A stretch of DNA of 26,147 nt, from positions 1-26,147 of IMG/VR virus record IMGVR_UViG_3300044267_005212; one strand, 5' to 3'. A program made the position numbers and the translations under genes. The stretch is from a virus. Lineage: Duplodnaviria; Caudoviricetes. This document shows, one piece after another, positions 1-8,571 of the stretch; positions within the stretch are counted from its first letter, which is position 1, and every line of letters begins with the position of its first letter. The notes beneath the pieces are model-generated. The model had not been told where the DNA came from, made no database searches, and worked only from the letters and a program-made list of their open reading frames with translations.

Positions 1-212
1 TTTATATACCACCTTTTAAACAATACCAAAAAGGCATATTTAGAATTTGGTGGACTAAAAAAGGATTATATTCTGATATAACAAATTGGAAAGAAATTAA
101 AGGTTTAAGTCAATGGGAAGCATGGACTTATTTCGATAGGATGTTAGAGAAAGGTTTCGTTCCATACGAAGGCTCTATTGTTCCTAAATTAAAATTATGC
201 GTAAAGTCTTAA
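1..212 (+). CDS. 5'-truncated hypothetical protein (not in ORF track)
   Basis: Frame from nt 3 is open to TAA 210-212: YIPPFKQYQKGIFRIWWTKK...EAWTYFDRMLEKGFVPYEGSIVPKLKLCVKS. Overlaps the next gene by 16 nt. Confidence 0.6.
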   Translation, partial: YIPPFKQYQKGIFRIWWTKKGLYSDITNWKEIKGLSQWEAWTYFDRMLEKGFVPYEGSIVPKLKLCVKS

Positions 213-400
213 TAAATGGTCTTAAAGCACATGCTAAAGGTCATATTGAAAAACATAAAGCTAATGTTGAAATCTATTTACATGAATCAGTAGGTATTGG
301 AGAACATTCAGATATTATTTCTGCAATTCAAACTGAATTAAATCAGATTGCACATTATGAAGATCAACTAGAAGTTATTGATAAATACTTTAATGTATAA
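197..400 (+). CDS. Conserved marine-phage hypothetical protein (67 aa)
   Basis: Motif AHAxGxIxKHxANVEIYL...GIGEHSDI...EL..IA.YEDQ recalled from cyanophage/pelagiphage small proteins. Confidence 0.8.
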   Translation: MRKVLINGLKAHAKGHIEKHKANVEIYLHESVGIGEHSDIISAIQTELNQIAHYEDQLEVIDKYFNV

Positions 401-403
401 CTA

Positions 404-436
404 AACGTCCTTTAAGTCATGACGTTAAACTGACTT
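404..436 (+). promoter_or_regulatory. Putative H-type RNA pseudoknot in 5' leader of the Gp157-like gene
   Basis: AACGTC(404-409) pairs with GACGTT(421-426); AAGTCA(414-419) pairs with TGACTT(431-436); loops CTTT, T, AAAC. Ends 18 nt before ATG 455. Confidence 0.65.
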
Positions 437-454
437 CAATTTAACTCAATTTTA

Positions 455-1198
455 ATGACACAATCTAATCTTTCTCCCTCTTTTCTTAAAAAGGCTCCAA
501 AAGAAATGCCTTTTAAAGAGTTAATTTCTCAAAGAGAAAATTTAACTAAAACTATTCCTCTTTTAGATAAAGAGTCACAAGAAATTGCAAAAGCTGATCT
601 TGCTGCTATTGCAAAAGAATGTTCACCTAAATGGGATGAACTTTATGTAACTAGAGAAAACATAAAAACAATTATCAATAGTTTTAAACAAGAAAAAACT
701 GAAATTGATCAACAGATCAAATCAAAAACAAATGATCTTAATTCTTTAAATACTTTATTAAGACAAATAAGAAGAAGTTTTCCACCAACTTCTGATTGTG
801 ATGCTTTTTCTGGTAAGTATTTTCAATTTAAAATTAAAGCTATTACACCAGGGCAACAATATAGTTTAAAAATTATACAAACAAAAGAAATAGAAGAATT
901 TTCTCCTATAGATCAAGTTAAATTCTTTTATAAAGAAGAAAGAATCGAAACTATAGAAACTGTGGTAACGTCAATAGGAGGAGATGAAATCTCCAGAACA
1001 ACTTTACCTAAAACCACATCAAAATTTATTCTTAATGAAAATGCAGTCATCAGTGCTTACAAAGACGGAGAACTCCCACATGGAATCAAAGTCATCCAAA
1101 ATTACAGAATTACAACAAAAAGAATCAATGGCAAGATGGACGTGGAAACATCCTTATATACAAGACAGTTTCTTCGAGAGTCTTCCAGCTCCGATTGA
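455..1198 (+). CDS. Siphovirus Gp157-like (Gam-related) coiled-coil protein
   Basis: Long N-terminal coiled coil, then GKYFQFKIK strand and C-terminal NENAVISAYKDGELPHGIKVIQNYRITTKR, resembling the Gp157 'KxAIKxALKxGxxIPGA.L....L.IK' end. Confidence 0.6.
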   Translation: MTQSNLSPSFLKKAPKEMPFKELISQRENLTKTIPLLDKESQEIAKADLAAIAKECSPKWDELYVTRENIKTIINSFKQEKTEIDQQIKSKTNDLNSLNTLLRQIRRSFPPTSDCDAFSGKYFQFKIKAITPGQQYSLKIIQTKEIEEFSPIDQVKFFYKEERIETIETVVTSIGGDEISRTTLPKTTSKFILNENAVISAYKDGELPHGIKVIQNYRITTKRINGKMDVETSLYTRQFLRESSSSD

Positions 1199-1463
1199 TA
1201 TAGATGATGCACATTTAAGAATGTGCTGTCATAAAAATACTGAAATAGATTTTGATTTACAACTTAAAACTATGGATTTAGAAGAAAAAGAGTATTCAAA
1301 TGCTAAAGCTGATGGTAGACCAGTAGATGATTTAATATATGACACGCTTGCTAATCAAACTAGATATATAAAAAGTAAAAGATATCATCATAATGCTCAT
1401 TCTTGTTATTGGTACTGGCTACAAAAAGAATCAGATAATAATCAAAAAAATAATTTAGAATAA
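1128..1463 (+). CDS. Hypothetical protein (track ORF 984..1463; ATG 1128 is the more likely start)
   Basis: In-frame ATG 1128 (MARWTWKHPY...) reduces the overlap with the upstream gene from 215 to 71 nt. C-terminal RYHHNAHSCYWYW. Confidence 0.65.
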   Translation: MARWTWKHPYIQDSFFESLPAPIDIDDAHLRMCCHKNTEIDFDLQLKTMDLEEKEYSNAKADGRPVDDLIYDTLANQTRYIKSKRYHHNAHSCYWYWLQKESDNNQKNNLE

Positions 1464-1501
1464 ATTTCGTATAGAATAAAATCAGTAAGAAAAAGGAGTA
1501 C

Positions 1502-1768
1502 ATGGAGAAAGATCCAGCTAGTCTTCATAATTTAATTGCTGGTTTTACCCAAGAAGGTACTCCTTTGGAGGCTTTGATTGGAAGTAAAATTGAATGGGGT
1601 GTAACTGTATTAACAGCTGCAATGCTTGCTAATCAAAATTTAGCAGGAAGTATGCAACCAGAAGAAATGGTTGATGGTGCTATTAACTATTACAACCTCA
1701 TTCAAGAACGCTTGGCATATTACAGACAAAACCAAGTACATAATTTAGAGAAAATGATTGAGAATTAA
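1502..1768 (+). CDS. Hypothetical protein (88 aa, helical)
   Basis: SD AAGGAG at 1493-1498; TAATG overlap with the next gene. Confidence 0.8.
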   Translation: MEKDPASLHNLIAGFTQEGTPLEALIGSKIEWGVTVLTAAMLANQNLAGSMQPEEMVDGAINYYNLIQERLAYYRQNQVHNLEKMIEN

Positions 1769-1974
1769 TGGAATCTATACCTATACCTGAACTCACGTTA
1801 AGTTTTTCTGTTGATTTAAAAGTTGAATACAATCCTTTCAAAGGAAAGACTAAAGAAGAATTTATTAAATTTCTTGAATCTGAATTACATGAATGTCTAT
1901 ATGACGTTCATCCTAATGTAAAAAACGTCTATACTTCTCTTATAGCTATAGATGAAAATGACAAACAAAGTTGA
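1768..1974 (+). CDS. Hypothetical protein (68 aa)
   Basis: Coupled to the upstream gene by a TAATG overlap; normal composition. Confidence 0.75.
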   Translation: MESIPIPELTLSFSVDLKVEYNPFKGKTKEEFIKFLESELHECLYDVHPNVKNVYTSLIAIDENDKQS

Positions 1975-2452
1975 TCAATTTGCTACTCCTGAATGGAGAG
2001 AAGAAAATAACCGTAGAGTATTTTTTCAAAACCATATGTATAGATGTGCAGGAAGAGATAATCCTGATCATCCAATGCATGGTCTCTTCACTGGGTTATG
2101 GCATGATTTTTGTTTAAATGAAGCAGGTATAGCACAAAGAGATATGTGGTTTGAACGCATAGAATTTATACAAAAAGTACAAAATGGAGAAATTGTTTTA
2201 CCACAATGTTCAGATAATGTTGTTGAAGAAAAAATTCCAAGACCTGAAGAAGAAATAGCACAAGATTTTAATGTCTCTAATGCTGACCCAGTAGATCAAT
2301 ATTTAAATTGTTCTGCTGAATGTGCTATTGATGATAAAGAATGTGAAGATATTTGTTTAGATGAATTAAAAAAACCTGTAATAGAAGAATTCGATACTTC
2401 ATTTAATATTACTCAAGCAGATTCACCACATCAAGCTGCTATAGCTAAATGA
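1952..2452 (+). CDS. Hypothetical protein with C-terminal Cx3C-x5-Cx3C acidic domain
   Basis: N-terminal YRCAGRDNPDHPMHGLFTGLW motif; C-terminal DPVDQYLNCSAECAIDDKECEDICLDELK. Confidence 0.8.
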   Translation: MKMTNKVDQFATPEWREENNRRVFFQNHMYRCAGRDNPDHPMHGLFTGLWHDFCLNEAGIAQRDMWFERIEFIQKVQNGEIVLPQCSDNVVEEKIPRPEEEIAQDFNVSNADPVDQYLNCSAECAIDDKECEDICLDELKKPVIEEFDTSFNITQADSPHQAAIAK

Positions 2453-2625
2453 ACTGTTATCTTTGTGGTACTCCACTTAATATATCAAGCAATATAGATT
2501 TTCCAGAACATGAACTTTATAACATGATTAGTTTTTTTGATTGTCCTAAATGTAATGCAGCTGTAGAGGTCTATCATCCAATAGATCAAATAGCTTCTAC
2601 TTCTTGCCAATGTTCGATACGATGA
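2449..2625 (+). CDS. Small zinc-ribbon protein (58 aa; not in ORF track)
   Basis: ATGA overlap with the upstream stop; MNCYLCGTPL...FFDCPKCNAAVEVYHP (CxxC...CxxC). Its 3' end overlaps the convergent HNH gene by 40 nt. Confidence 0.7.
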   Translation: MNCYLCGTPLNISSNIDFPEHELYNMISFFDCPKCNAAVEVYHPIDQIASTSCQCSIR

Positions 2626-2852
2626 CAGTTACTACATAAAGGAACACATTTATCTAGTTCTATTTGAATATTTTTCCAACTATAACCTACGCCTACCATA
2701 CGAGAAATATTATTTTTCTTATCAGCGAGATGGTGAAATTCTAAAACACGATAATCTTCTAAACCACAAACTTTACAAGCTAATGTTTTTTTATGGTTTA
2801 TTAATTTTTCTCTGTTTTTACGTATTCGTTTTTTACTATTTTTCCAACTCAT
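2586..2852 (-). CDS. HNH endonuclease (likely start at 2852, MSWKNSKKR; track starts at 2885)
   Basis: CKVC...LEFHH...CVPLCSNCHRIEH: Zn-binding CxxC pairs flanking an HNH core. Confidence 0.85.
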   Translation of the reverse strand: MSWKNSKKRIRKNREKLINHKKTLACKVCGLEDYRVLEFHHLADKKNNISRMVGVGYSWKNIQIELDKCVPLCSNCHRIEHWQEVEAI

Positions 2853-2866
2853 AATAATAAAAATTA

Positions 2867-3454
2867 TTATTCTTTCCAAATCCATGCTATCTGGTATTCA
2901 TCTATAAACGGTTTTAAATGTAAGGCATCCATTAATTCTCCAATAAGCCTACCTTTCCCTAATAGTCTGCCATCTGCGGCTCTTAAATTATCATCTACAA
3001 CAATTAAAGTTTCAGGTTTAATAATATTTTTTGCTGCAAATAATTCTTTTAAGTGATGTGAAGATGATTCCCAATCATTTCCCCAATCTGTAATATTAAA
3101 TGAATCTAGGTATAACAAATTAACTTTACCTTCTAAATAACCTAATTCTTCTACTGAATCACCACAAATAACTTCAACTTTATCGCTTGTTGTACTTTTC
3201 GCAAGTTCACATGCTTCAGGACTAATATCAATTGATATAACACTTCCTCCTCGGTGTTTTACATAATTATCAAATAATAAGGTAGAACAACCATCACCTC
3301 GATAATTGTCCTCTTCCCTGTAACAGCCTGTCTCTACAATGAATATTTCTTTATCTTTAAGACCATCTAAATACTTAAAAATTCTTTTAAAACTATCTGA
3401 TCTTCCTCCTAATTCTTGAGATATATCATTGAAATATTCGTTCCAAAAAGTCAT
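2867..3454 (-). CDS. Class I SAM-dependent methyltransferase (Methyltransf_24-like; not a canonical DNA MTase)
   Basis: IVETG...GCST motif I, SIDI, GDS, LLYLDS, IVVDD. No DPPY/NPPY or PC catalytic motif. Confidence 0.8.
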   Translation of the reverse strand: MTFWNEYFNDISQELGGRSDSFKRIFKYLDGLKDKEIFIVETGCYREEDNYRGDGCSTLLFDNYVKHRGGSVISIDISPEACELAKSTTSDKVEVICGDSVEELGYLEGKVNLLYLDSFNITDWGNDWESSSHHLKELFAAKNIIKPETLIVVDDNLRAADGRLLGKGRLIGELMDALHLKPFIDEYQIAWIWKE

Positions 3455-3531
3455 TTTTGTTTTTTAATTACCTTTTTGAGTATAACTAATTTTTTGAATT
3501 TGCAATAAAAAATATAATTTTTCTCCTATAC

Positions 3532-3565
3532 TTGACAGAGTAGATAACTTATATGTAATACATAT
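3532..3565 (+). promoter_or_regulatory. Putative promoter with overlapping palindromic operator upstream of the exonuclease
   Basis: TTGACA 3532-3537; weak -10 TGTAAT 3554-3559 lies inside the palindrome ATATGTA-A-TACATAT (3551-3565). Confidence 0.4.
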
Positions 3566-3572
3566 TGCTGTA

Positions 3573-4415
3573 ATGACAGAAACTAATATTCTTGAACCTA
3601 CTCAAGTCTCAAATGATGACTTGATGAAAGATATTAATAAAACAGCTGCTCGTATAACTCTTAATGGTAAACGACATTACACAACACCTTTATTTACGGG
3701 ACCAGCTCCTTCTGTTACAACCATAATTTCTGAAACTGCTTCTGAACAAAATAAAAAGAAATTAGAAATGTGGTCTAAAGCAAATCCAGGTGTAAAAGAA
3801 AAAGCTGCTGAAAGAGGTACAGCTATTCATTTTGGAATGGAACAATATTTGAAAGGTGATAAAGATCCTGAAATAAAAGAAGATTATGCAGAGTTTTGGT
3901 CAGGTATGCCAAAAATTCTTGATCAATTTGGTGATGTACTTTGGGCAGAATCACCAGTATTAGAATCCTTTAATTTCACAATGGGTTCTGATGATGTAGC
4001 TCGTGTCTGGGGAGCTGATGAAGAAGGACGTGCATGGGCTGGTGCTCCTGACATAATTGGATTTGTAGAAGATAAATTAACTCTTGCTGATTTAAAAACA
4101 AGTGTTAAACCTTATAGTCGTAAGTGGCCTAAAGAATATGAAAAAGGCTCACAAGAATGGAGAGATCTTTTAGGTGGTTATATGAAATTTAAAAAAACTT
4201 GCAAACAATTAGCAGCATATGATCTTGCTATACAACAAACTTTAGACGTTAAAGTTGATCAAGCTGCCATATTAGTATCAACACCTTTACGTACACAAGT
4301 ATTTAAAATATCAAGAAGGTTTCTTGATAAATTACATGTAGATTGGTTAAAAATTGTAGCTGAATATTATAAACAAATAGATAATTGTAATGTTTATGAT
4401 CCTGATTCGATTTAA
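3573..4415 (+). CDS. PD-(D/E)XK exonuclease (lambda-exo/Cas4/MGME1-like fold)
   Basis: PSVTTII, RGTAIH, AGAPD, LADLKTS and QLAAY motifs; no Cas4 Fe-S Cys set. Confidence 0.9.
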   Translation: MTETNILEPTQVSNDDLMKDINKTAARITLNGKRHYTTPLFTGPAPSVTTIISETASEQNKKKLEMWSKANPGVKEKAAERGTAIHFGMEQYLKGDKDPEIKEDYAEFWSGMPKILDQFGDVLWAESPVLESFNFTMGSDDVARVWGADEEGRAWAGAPDIIGFVEDKLTLADLKTSVKPYSRKWPKEYEKGSQEWRDLLGGYMKFKKTCKQLAAYDLAIQQTLDVKVDQAAILVSTPLRTQVFKISRRFLDKLHVDWLKIVAEYYKQIDNCNVYDPDSI

Positions 4416-4494
4416 AATCTAACCTTAATGTTTTGAATTATTTCATTTCGAATTATTCACACTAGGATAATAGAACACCCAAAAATAGCTTCCA

Positions 4495-4680
4495 ATGGAA
4501 ATAAAAGTTTCCGTTGGCGAGTGGATGAATACCCTTAAAACTCGTATGGAAAATGCGACAGATGGGGATTGTTTTCATTTGCCGACACAAATGCATCATC
4601 ACGCATTTACGCTATTAAAAGAAGACATGTTTCCAAATAGGAAATTTAATGTAATCATTTCTAACAATCAACATCAATGA
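4495..4680 (+). CDS. Hypothetical protein (61 aa), coupled to the primase
   Basis: ATGA overlap with the primase start at 4677. Confidence 0.7.
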   Translation: MEIKVSVGEWMNTLKTRMENATDGDCFHLPTQMHHHAFTLLKEDMFPNRKFNVIISNNQHQ

Positions 4681-7259
4681 CAAAACAAACACAAGCATTA
4701 AAACCTGGAGAAATAAAACTTGATCTTATTTCCAAAGAATGGCCTTTGACTCCATTAGGAGCTAATAAAGATCCTTATATTATTGGTTGGCAAAATAAAC
4801 CGTGTAGTGTTCATGAAATTGAAACTGAAATTCTTACAGGACAATGTAAAGCCATCGGGCTTTTATCAGGTCCAGTTTTTAATCTCCCTTATGGTTTGGT
4901 ATGGGTTGATGTTGACGGTCCTAGTGTTTATAACCTTATCGAAGGGTTAGCAGACGGAGAAATTGATAAAGTTCTACCAAAAACATTAACCATTCTTAGT
5001 GGCAAAATAGGTAGAGAAAGAAAATTATATCGTTTAGATCGAGAAAAACATAAGCATTTTGTTCGTAATAAATATACTTGGCATGCTGAAACAGAAAAAG
5101 AAAAATTAGAAATCCTTTGGAAAAAGCATCAAGGTGTTTTGATGGGTTTGCATCCTGACACTGAAGGGTACTATACAGCTCAAGATGAAGGATTTGAATG
5201 GATTGATTCTTTGCCTGAACTTCCTGATTGGATATTAAATTGCATTATTAATAAAAATGTAAAACAAGGTATTCCAGCTACAGAAAAAACTCGAATTGTT
5301 GGTCCAGGTTTTGCTGTTAATGCAGAAATTAATTTAGAAAGAGATATCCAATTAGCTACAGAAGCAATGTGGGCTATGCCTCCAGAAGCTTGTGATGATT
5401 ATGATATTTGGATAACAGTTGGACAATCACTTCATTCATTAGATGATTCATTATTAGATACATGGGATGAATGGTCTAAACAATCTGAAAAATATAAAGC
5501 TGGTGAATGCATTAAACGTTGGAAATCTTTTGATAAAGGTGGAGCACGTACTCTTGGTTCTTTAATTCATCATGCAAAAGAATATGGATGGCAACCTTCT
5601 CAAGATCATAAAGTGATTAATAGAGAAATTGACGAAAAAACTTTAGAGGAATTACAAATGATGTTATCTGAATTTGATTCATTTTCTGCAGAACCAAAAG
5701 TAGTTAATAAAAGAAAAATAGCACCAGCAATTAATAAAGGAAAAGAACAAAAACCTCGTAATCCTTCTTCAGATATTATTGCAAATATTTTAATTCAGTC
5801 TTATGACGGATGTTTAAGATACAGTCAAGCTCAAGACTGTTTCCTTAATTATAATTATCGTTCTGAAGGTTTATGGTCTGCTTTATCAGATACTGAAACA
5901 AAAGGAGAAATAAAATCTAGATTAGAACTATTAAAAGATCAACTGTTACCTAATGGGTACAGTATGAATTTAGTTAATGATGTCTTAGAACAATTAAGAA
6001 TTACATTAATACATGACGAATGGTATGAAGGAAATGATTACTTATTATTTACAAATGGAATATTAGAACTTGCAACAAGACAATTAATTCCATTTAGAAA
6101 AGATATGTATATGACTCAACAACTTCCTTATCAATATGATGCAAGTGCTACATGTGAACCAATTATTAAATGGTTAAAACATGTACAAGATAATAGTTGG
6201 GGACGTGTACAAGTCCTTAGAGCATGGTTACGTGCTGTTCTATTAAGTCATTCAGATATACAAAAGTTTGTAGAAATTGTTGGTCCAGGTAAGTCAGGTA
6301 AATCCACATATTCCAATTTGGCACATGCTTTAGTCGGTGATACAAATGCTATTATTTCTTCTCTTGATCATTTAGAAAAAAGTAGATTTGAAACTGCTAA
6401 TTTATATAAAAAGAAATTACTTTTATTCAATGATGTTGAACGATATGGTGGTTCAGTATCAGTATTAAAAGCAATTACTGGTCGTGATTTAATTCGAAAT
6501 GAACGTAAATTTCAATCTGGTTCATTAAAGCCGTTTAAATTTAATGGGTTGGTAATGATAACTGCAAATGAACCAATACAAACGACAGATCCTACATCTG
6601 GGCTTGCACGTCGTCGTCTTACTATTCCTTTTGATAGACCTTTCACTGGTAGTTCAGCTCAACAACGTACCTTAATTGATATGGATGATAGCGGTAATCC
6701 ATTTGGTGATTTCGCTAAATTACTTCCAGGATTGGTGAACTGGCTATTAGATATGAATGAAACAGATATGCGTGAATATCTGATGGAAACAAATCAAAAA
6801 GTTTCATTCTTTGCCAAACATCATCGAGAACAAATATTAAAATCAAATCAAATTATGGATTGGATGGATCATTGTTTAATCTTTGATCCAGGAAGTTCAG
6901 CACCTGTTGGATTAGCTAAAAATTCTCAACCAGGTTCTAGTAATATTTATGTCTCTTGGGACAAATGGCTTTATGCAAGTTATTGCGAATTTTCAAGAGG
7001 ATCTAATAGTAATATTCTTGGTCGTAGTAGATTTGAAACTCTATTAATGGATGTTTGTATCCATCAACTTCGTTTAAATATTTATAAATTTAAAGATCGT
7101 AGAGGCATGAGAGTAAAAAATATATCTTGTCGTTCTTCTGATCAAAAGTATTCTGATTATCCTTCTATTATTGAAGTTGGTTTAAATAAAGAAAAATGGA
7201 GAAAAGAATATGGTGACATTATTGATAAAAAAGAAGTTGAAGAAATAGAAGAAGTTTAA
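4677..7259 (+). CDS. DNA primase-helicase (Prim-Pol + PriCT-2 + D5_N + SF3 helicase; P4/D5 family)
   Basis: AIGLLSG...WVDVDG (Prim-Pol); DYDIWITVGQSLH...WDEWSKQSEKY...WKSF (PriCT-2); FTNGILEL (D5_N); Walker A GPGKSGKST, Walker B LLFND, motif C ITAN, LARRR. Confidence 0.95.
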   Translation: MTKQTQALKPGEIKLDLISKEWPLTPLGANKDPYIIGWQNKPCSVHEIETEILTGQCKAIGLLSGPVFNLPYGLVWVDVDGPSVYNLIEGLADGEIDKVLPKTLTILSGKIGRERKLYRLDREKHKHFVRNKYTWHAETEKEKLEILWKKHQGVLMGLHPDTEGYYTAQDEGFEWIDSLPELPDWILNCIINKNVKQGIPATEKTRIVGPGFAVNAEINLERDIQLATEAMWAMPPEACDDYDIWITVGQSLHSLDDSLLDTWDEWSKQSEKYKAGECIKRWKSFDKGGARTLGSLIHHAKEYGWQPSQDHKVINREIDEKTLEELQMMLSEFDSFSAEPKVVNKRKIAPAINKGKEQKPRNPSSDIIANILIQSYDGCLRYSQAQDCFLNYNYRSEGLWSALSDTETKGEIKSRLELLKDQLLPNGYSMNLVNDVLEQLRITLIHDEWYEGNDYLLFTNGILELATRQLIPFRKDMYMTQQLPYQYDASATCEPIIKWLKHVQDNSWGRVQVLRAWLRAVLLSHSDIQKFVEIVGPGKSGKSTYSNLAHALVGDTNAIISSLDHLEKSRFETANLYKKKLLLFNDVERYGGSVSVLKAITGRDLIRNERKFQSGSLKPFKFNGLVMITANEPIQTTDPTSGLARRRLTIPFDRPFTGSSAQQRTLIDMDDSGNPFGDFAKLLPGLVNWLLDMNETDMREYLMETNQKVSFFAKHHREQILKSNQIMDWMDHCLIFDPGSSAPVGLAKNSQPGSSNIYVSWDKWLYASYCEFSRGSNSNILGRSRFETLLMDVCIHQLRLNIYKFKDRRGMRVKNISCRSSDQKYSDYPSIIEVGLNKEKWRKEYGDIIDKKEVEEIEEV

Positions 7260-7265
7260 TTATTT

Positions 7266-7319
7266 ATTACATTTTTTCTTTAATATATGTATATTTAAAT
7301 TAGAAAATAAAAATGTAAT
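7266..7319. repeat. Inverted repeat spanning the primase-glycosyltransferase intergenic region
   Basis: ATTACATTTTT (7266-7276) and AAAAATGTAAT (7309-7319) form a perfect 11-bp pair, with further imperfect pairing inside. Confidence 0.55.
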
Positions 7320-8571
7320 GCCAAAAAAACCTAAGCTTTTATGGTGTGGTGATATCGCTGCAAAAACTGGATTTGCTCGTGTAACAGAAAATGTTCTTCC
7401 TTATTTAAGTAAAAAATTTAACATTGTTGTTTTAGCTAATAATTGGTGGGGAGATCCTAATCCTCTTCAAAAAAAATATAAGATGTATCCTTCATCTAAT
7501 AGATTCCAAACAGCTCCTTTTGGAGAAAATAGGATTAGAGAAATAGTTCAAGCAGAAGCTCCTGATTTAGTATTTACTATTAATGATATGTGGATTATTA
7601 ATGAACAATACAGACAAATAAAAGATTTTCATAAAAAGAAAAAATTTAAATTTATTGGTTATTCTCCAATGGATTCTTATGGTTGGGTTGGTTGTTTGGA
7701 TGAAACAGCTAATGATTGGGATGGAGTCATTTCTTATACTCAATTTGGTGCTTACGAATTTATTCAAGGAGGAATCACTAAACCAATAGCTGTCATTCCT
7801 CATGGAGTAACACCAGGGCAATTTTATCCTGTTGATAAAAACAAAGCCAGAAAAGAATTGGGTTTAGATGAAAATTTATTTATTGTATTTAATGGAAATC
7901 GAAATCAATTCCGTAAACGTATAGATATAACAATTTCAGCTTTTGCAAAATTTGCAGTAGATAAACCAAATACAAAATTATATTTACATATGGGTAAAAA
8001 AGATCAAGGTTGGGATGTTATGCAACTATTTGAAAGAGAAATGAAAAGAAATAAACTTGATGCTAATAATCGAATAATATTAACTTCAAATTGTGATGGA
8101 CCTCCAAGTGTAGAACTTGAAACTTTAAATACTATTTATAATGCTGCTGATGTAGGTATTAACACATGTAAAGGCGAAGGTTGGGGTTTAGTCAGCTTTG
8201 AACAAGCAGCTTGCAAAATAGCTCAAGTTGTTCCAGGTCATACTTCTTGTAAAGAAATCTTTGAAGGTTATGGTCAATTAATTAGATGTGATCATATAGA
8301 TACTGATACAAATTATGGAAGAGAAATGCCTTGTCCTTCTACTGAACATCTAGTTGAAATACTTAATGATTTATATAAAAATCCAAAAAAACTAGAAGCT
8401 ACAGCTGAACTTTGTTATGAACGAGTATTAGAAAAACAATTTACTTGGGAAACAATTGGTTCTCAATTTGCAGGAGTATTTGAAGACACTATAAAAGGTG
8501 TAGATCATTCAATTAAAAAAGTTTCTCCAAAGAAAAAAATTCGTAAAAAGAGGAAAATAGGTAATGCTTAG
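7318..8571 (+). CDS. GT-B fold glycosyltransferase (GT4-like)
   Basis: TGFARV, IPHGV, RNQFRKRID, YNAADVGINTCKGEGWGLVSFEQAAC (EX7E motif), FTWETIG. Confidence 0.92.
   Translation: MPKKPKLLWCGDIAAKTGFARVTENVLPYLSKKFNIVVLANNWWGDPNPLQKKYKMYPSSNRFQTAPFGENRIREIVQAEAPDLVFTINDMWIINEQYRQIKDFHKKKKFKFIGYSPMDSYGWVGCLDETANDWDGVISYTQFGAYEFIQGGITKPIAVIPHGVTPGQFYPVDKNKARKELGLDENLFIVFNGNRNQFRKRIDITISAFAKFAVDKPNTKLYLHMGKKDQGWDVMQLFEREMKRNKLDANNRIILTSNCDGPPSVELETLNTIYNAADVGINTCKGEGWGLVSFEQAACKIAQVVPGHTSCKEIFEGYGQLIRCDHIDTDTNYGREMPCPSTEHLVEILNDLYKNPKKLEATAELCYERVLEKQFTWETIGSQFAGVFEDTIKGVDHSIKKVSPKKKIRKKRKIGNA

Noticed and set aside
2280-2370. Cys motif as canonical CP12
   Set aside because: Spacing is Cx3C-x5-Cx3C, not Cx8C followed by YD, and there is no AWD_VEE core.
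2586-3454. Methyltransferase + HNH as a restriction-modification pair
   Set aside because: The MTase lacks DPPY/NPPY or PC motifs and a target-recognition domain; it looks like a small-molecule/sugar methyltransferase.
3540-3565. NtcA box or T4-type late promoter
   Set aside because: No GTA-N8-TAC spacing here, and TATAAATA is not a recurring upstream motif in the intergenic regions read.
3573-4415. Cas4 / CRISPR adaptation gene
   Set aside because: Lacks the four Fe-S cysteines; the context is phage replication.
7567-7821. Antisense ORF (84 aa) within the glycosyltransferase; likewise alternative-frame 9538..9765
   Set aside because: Shadow frames of well-supported genes with no recognisable motifs or start signals.
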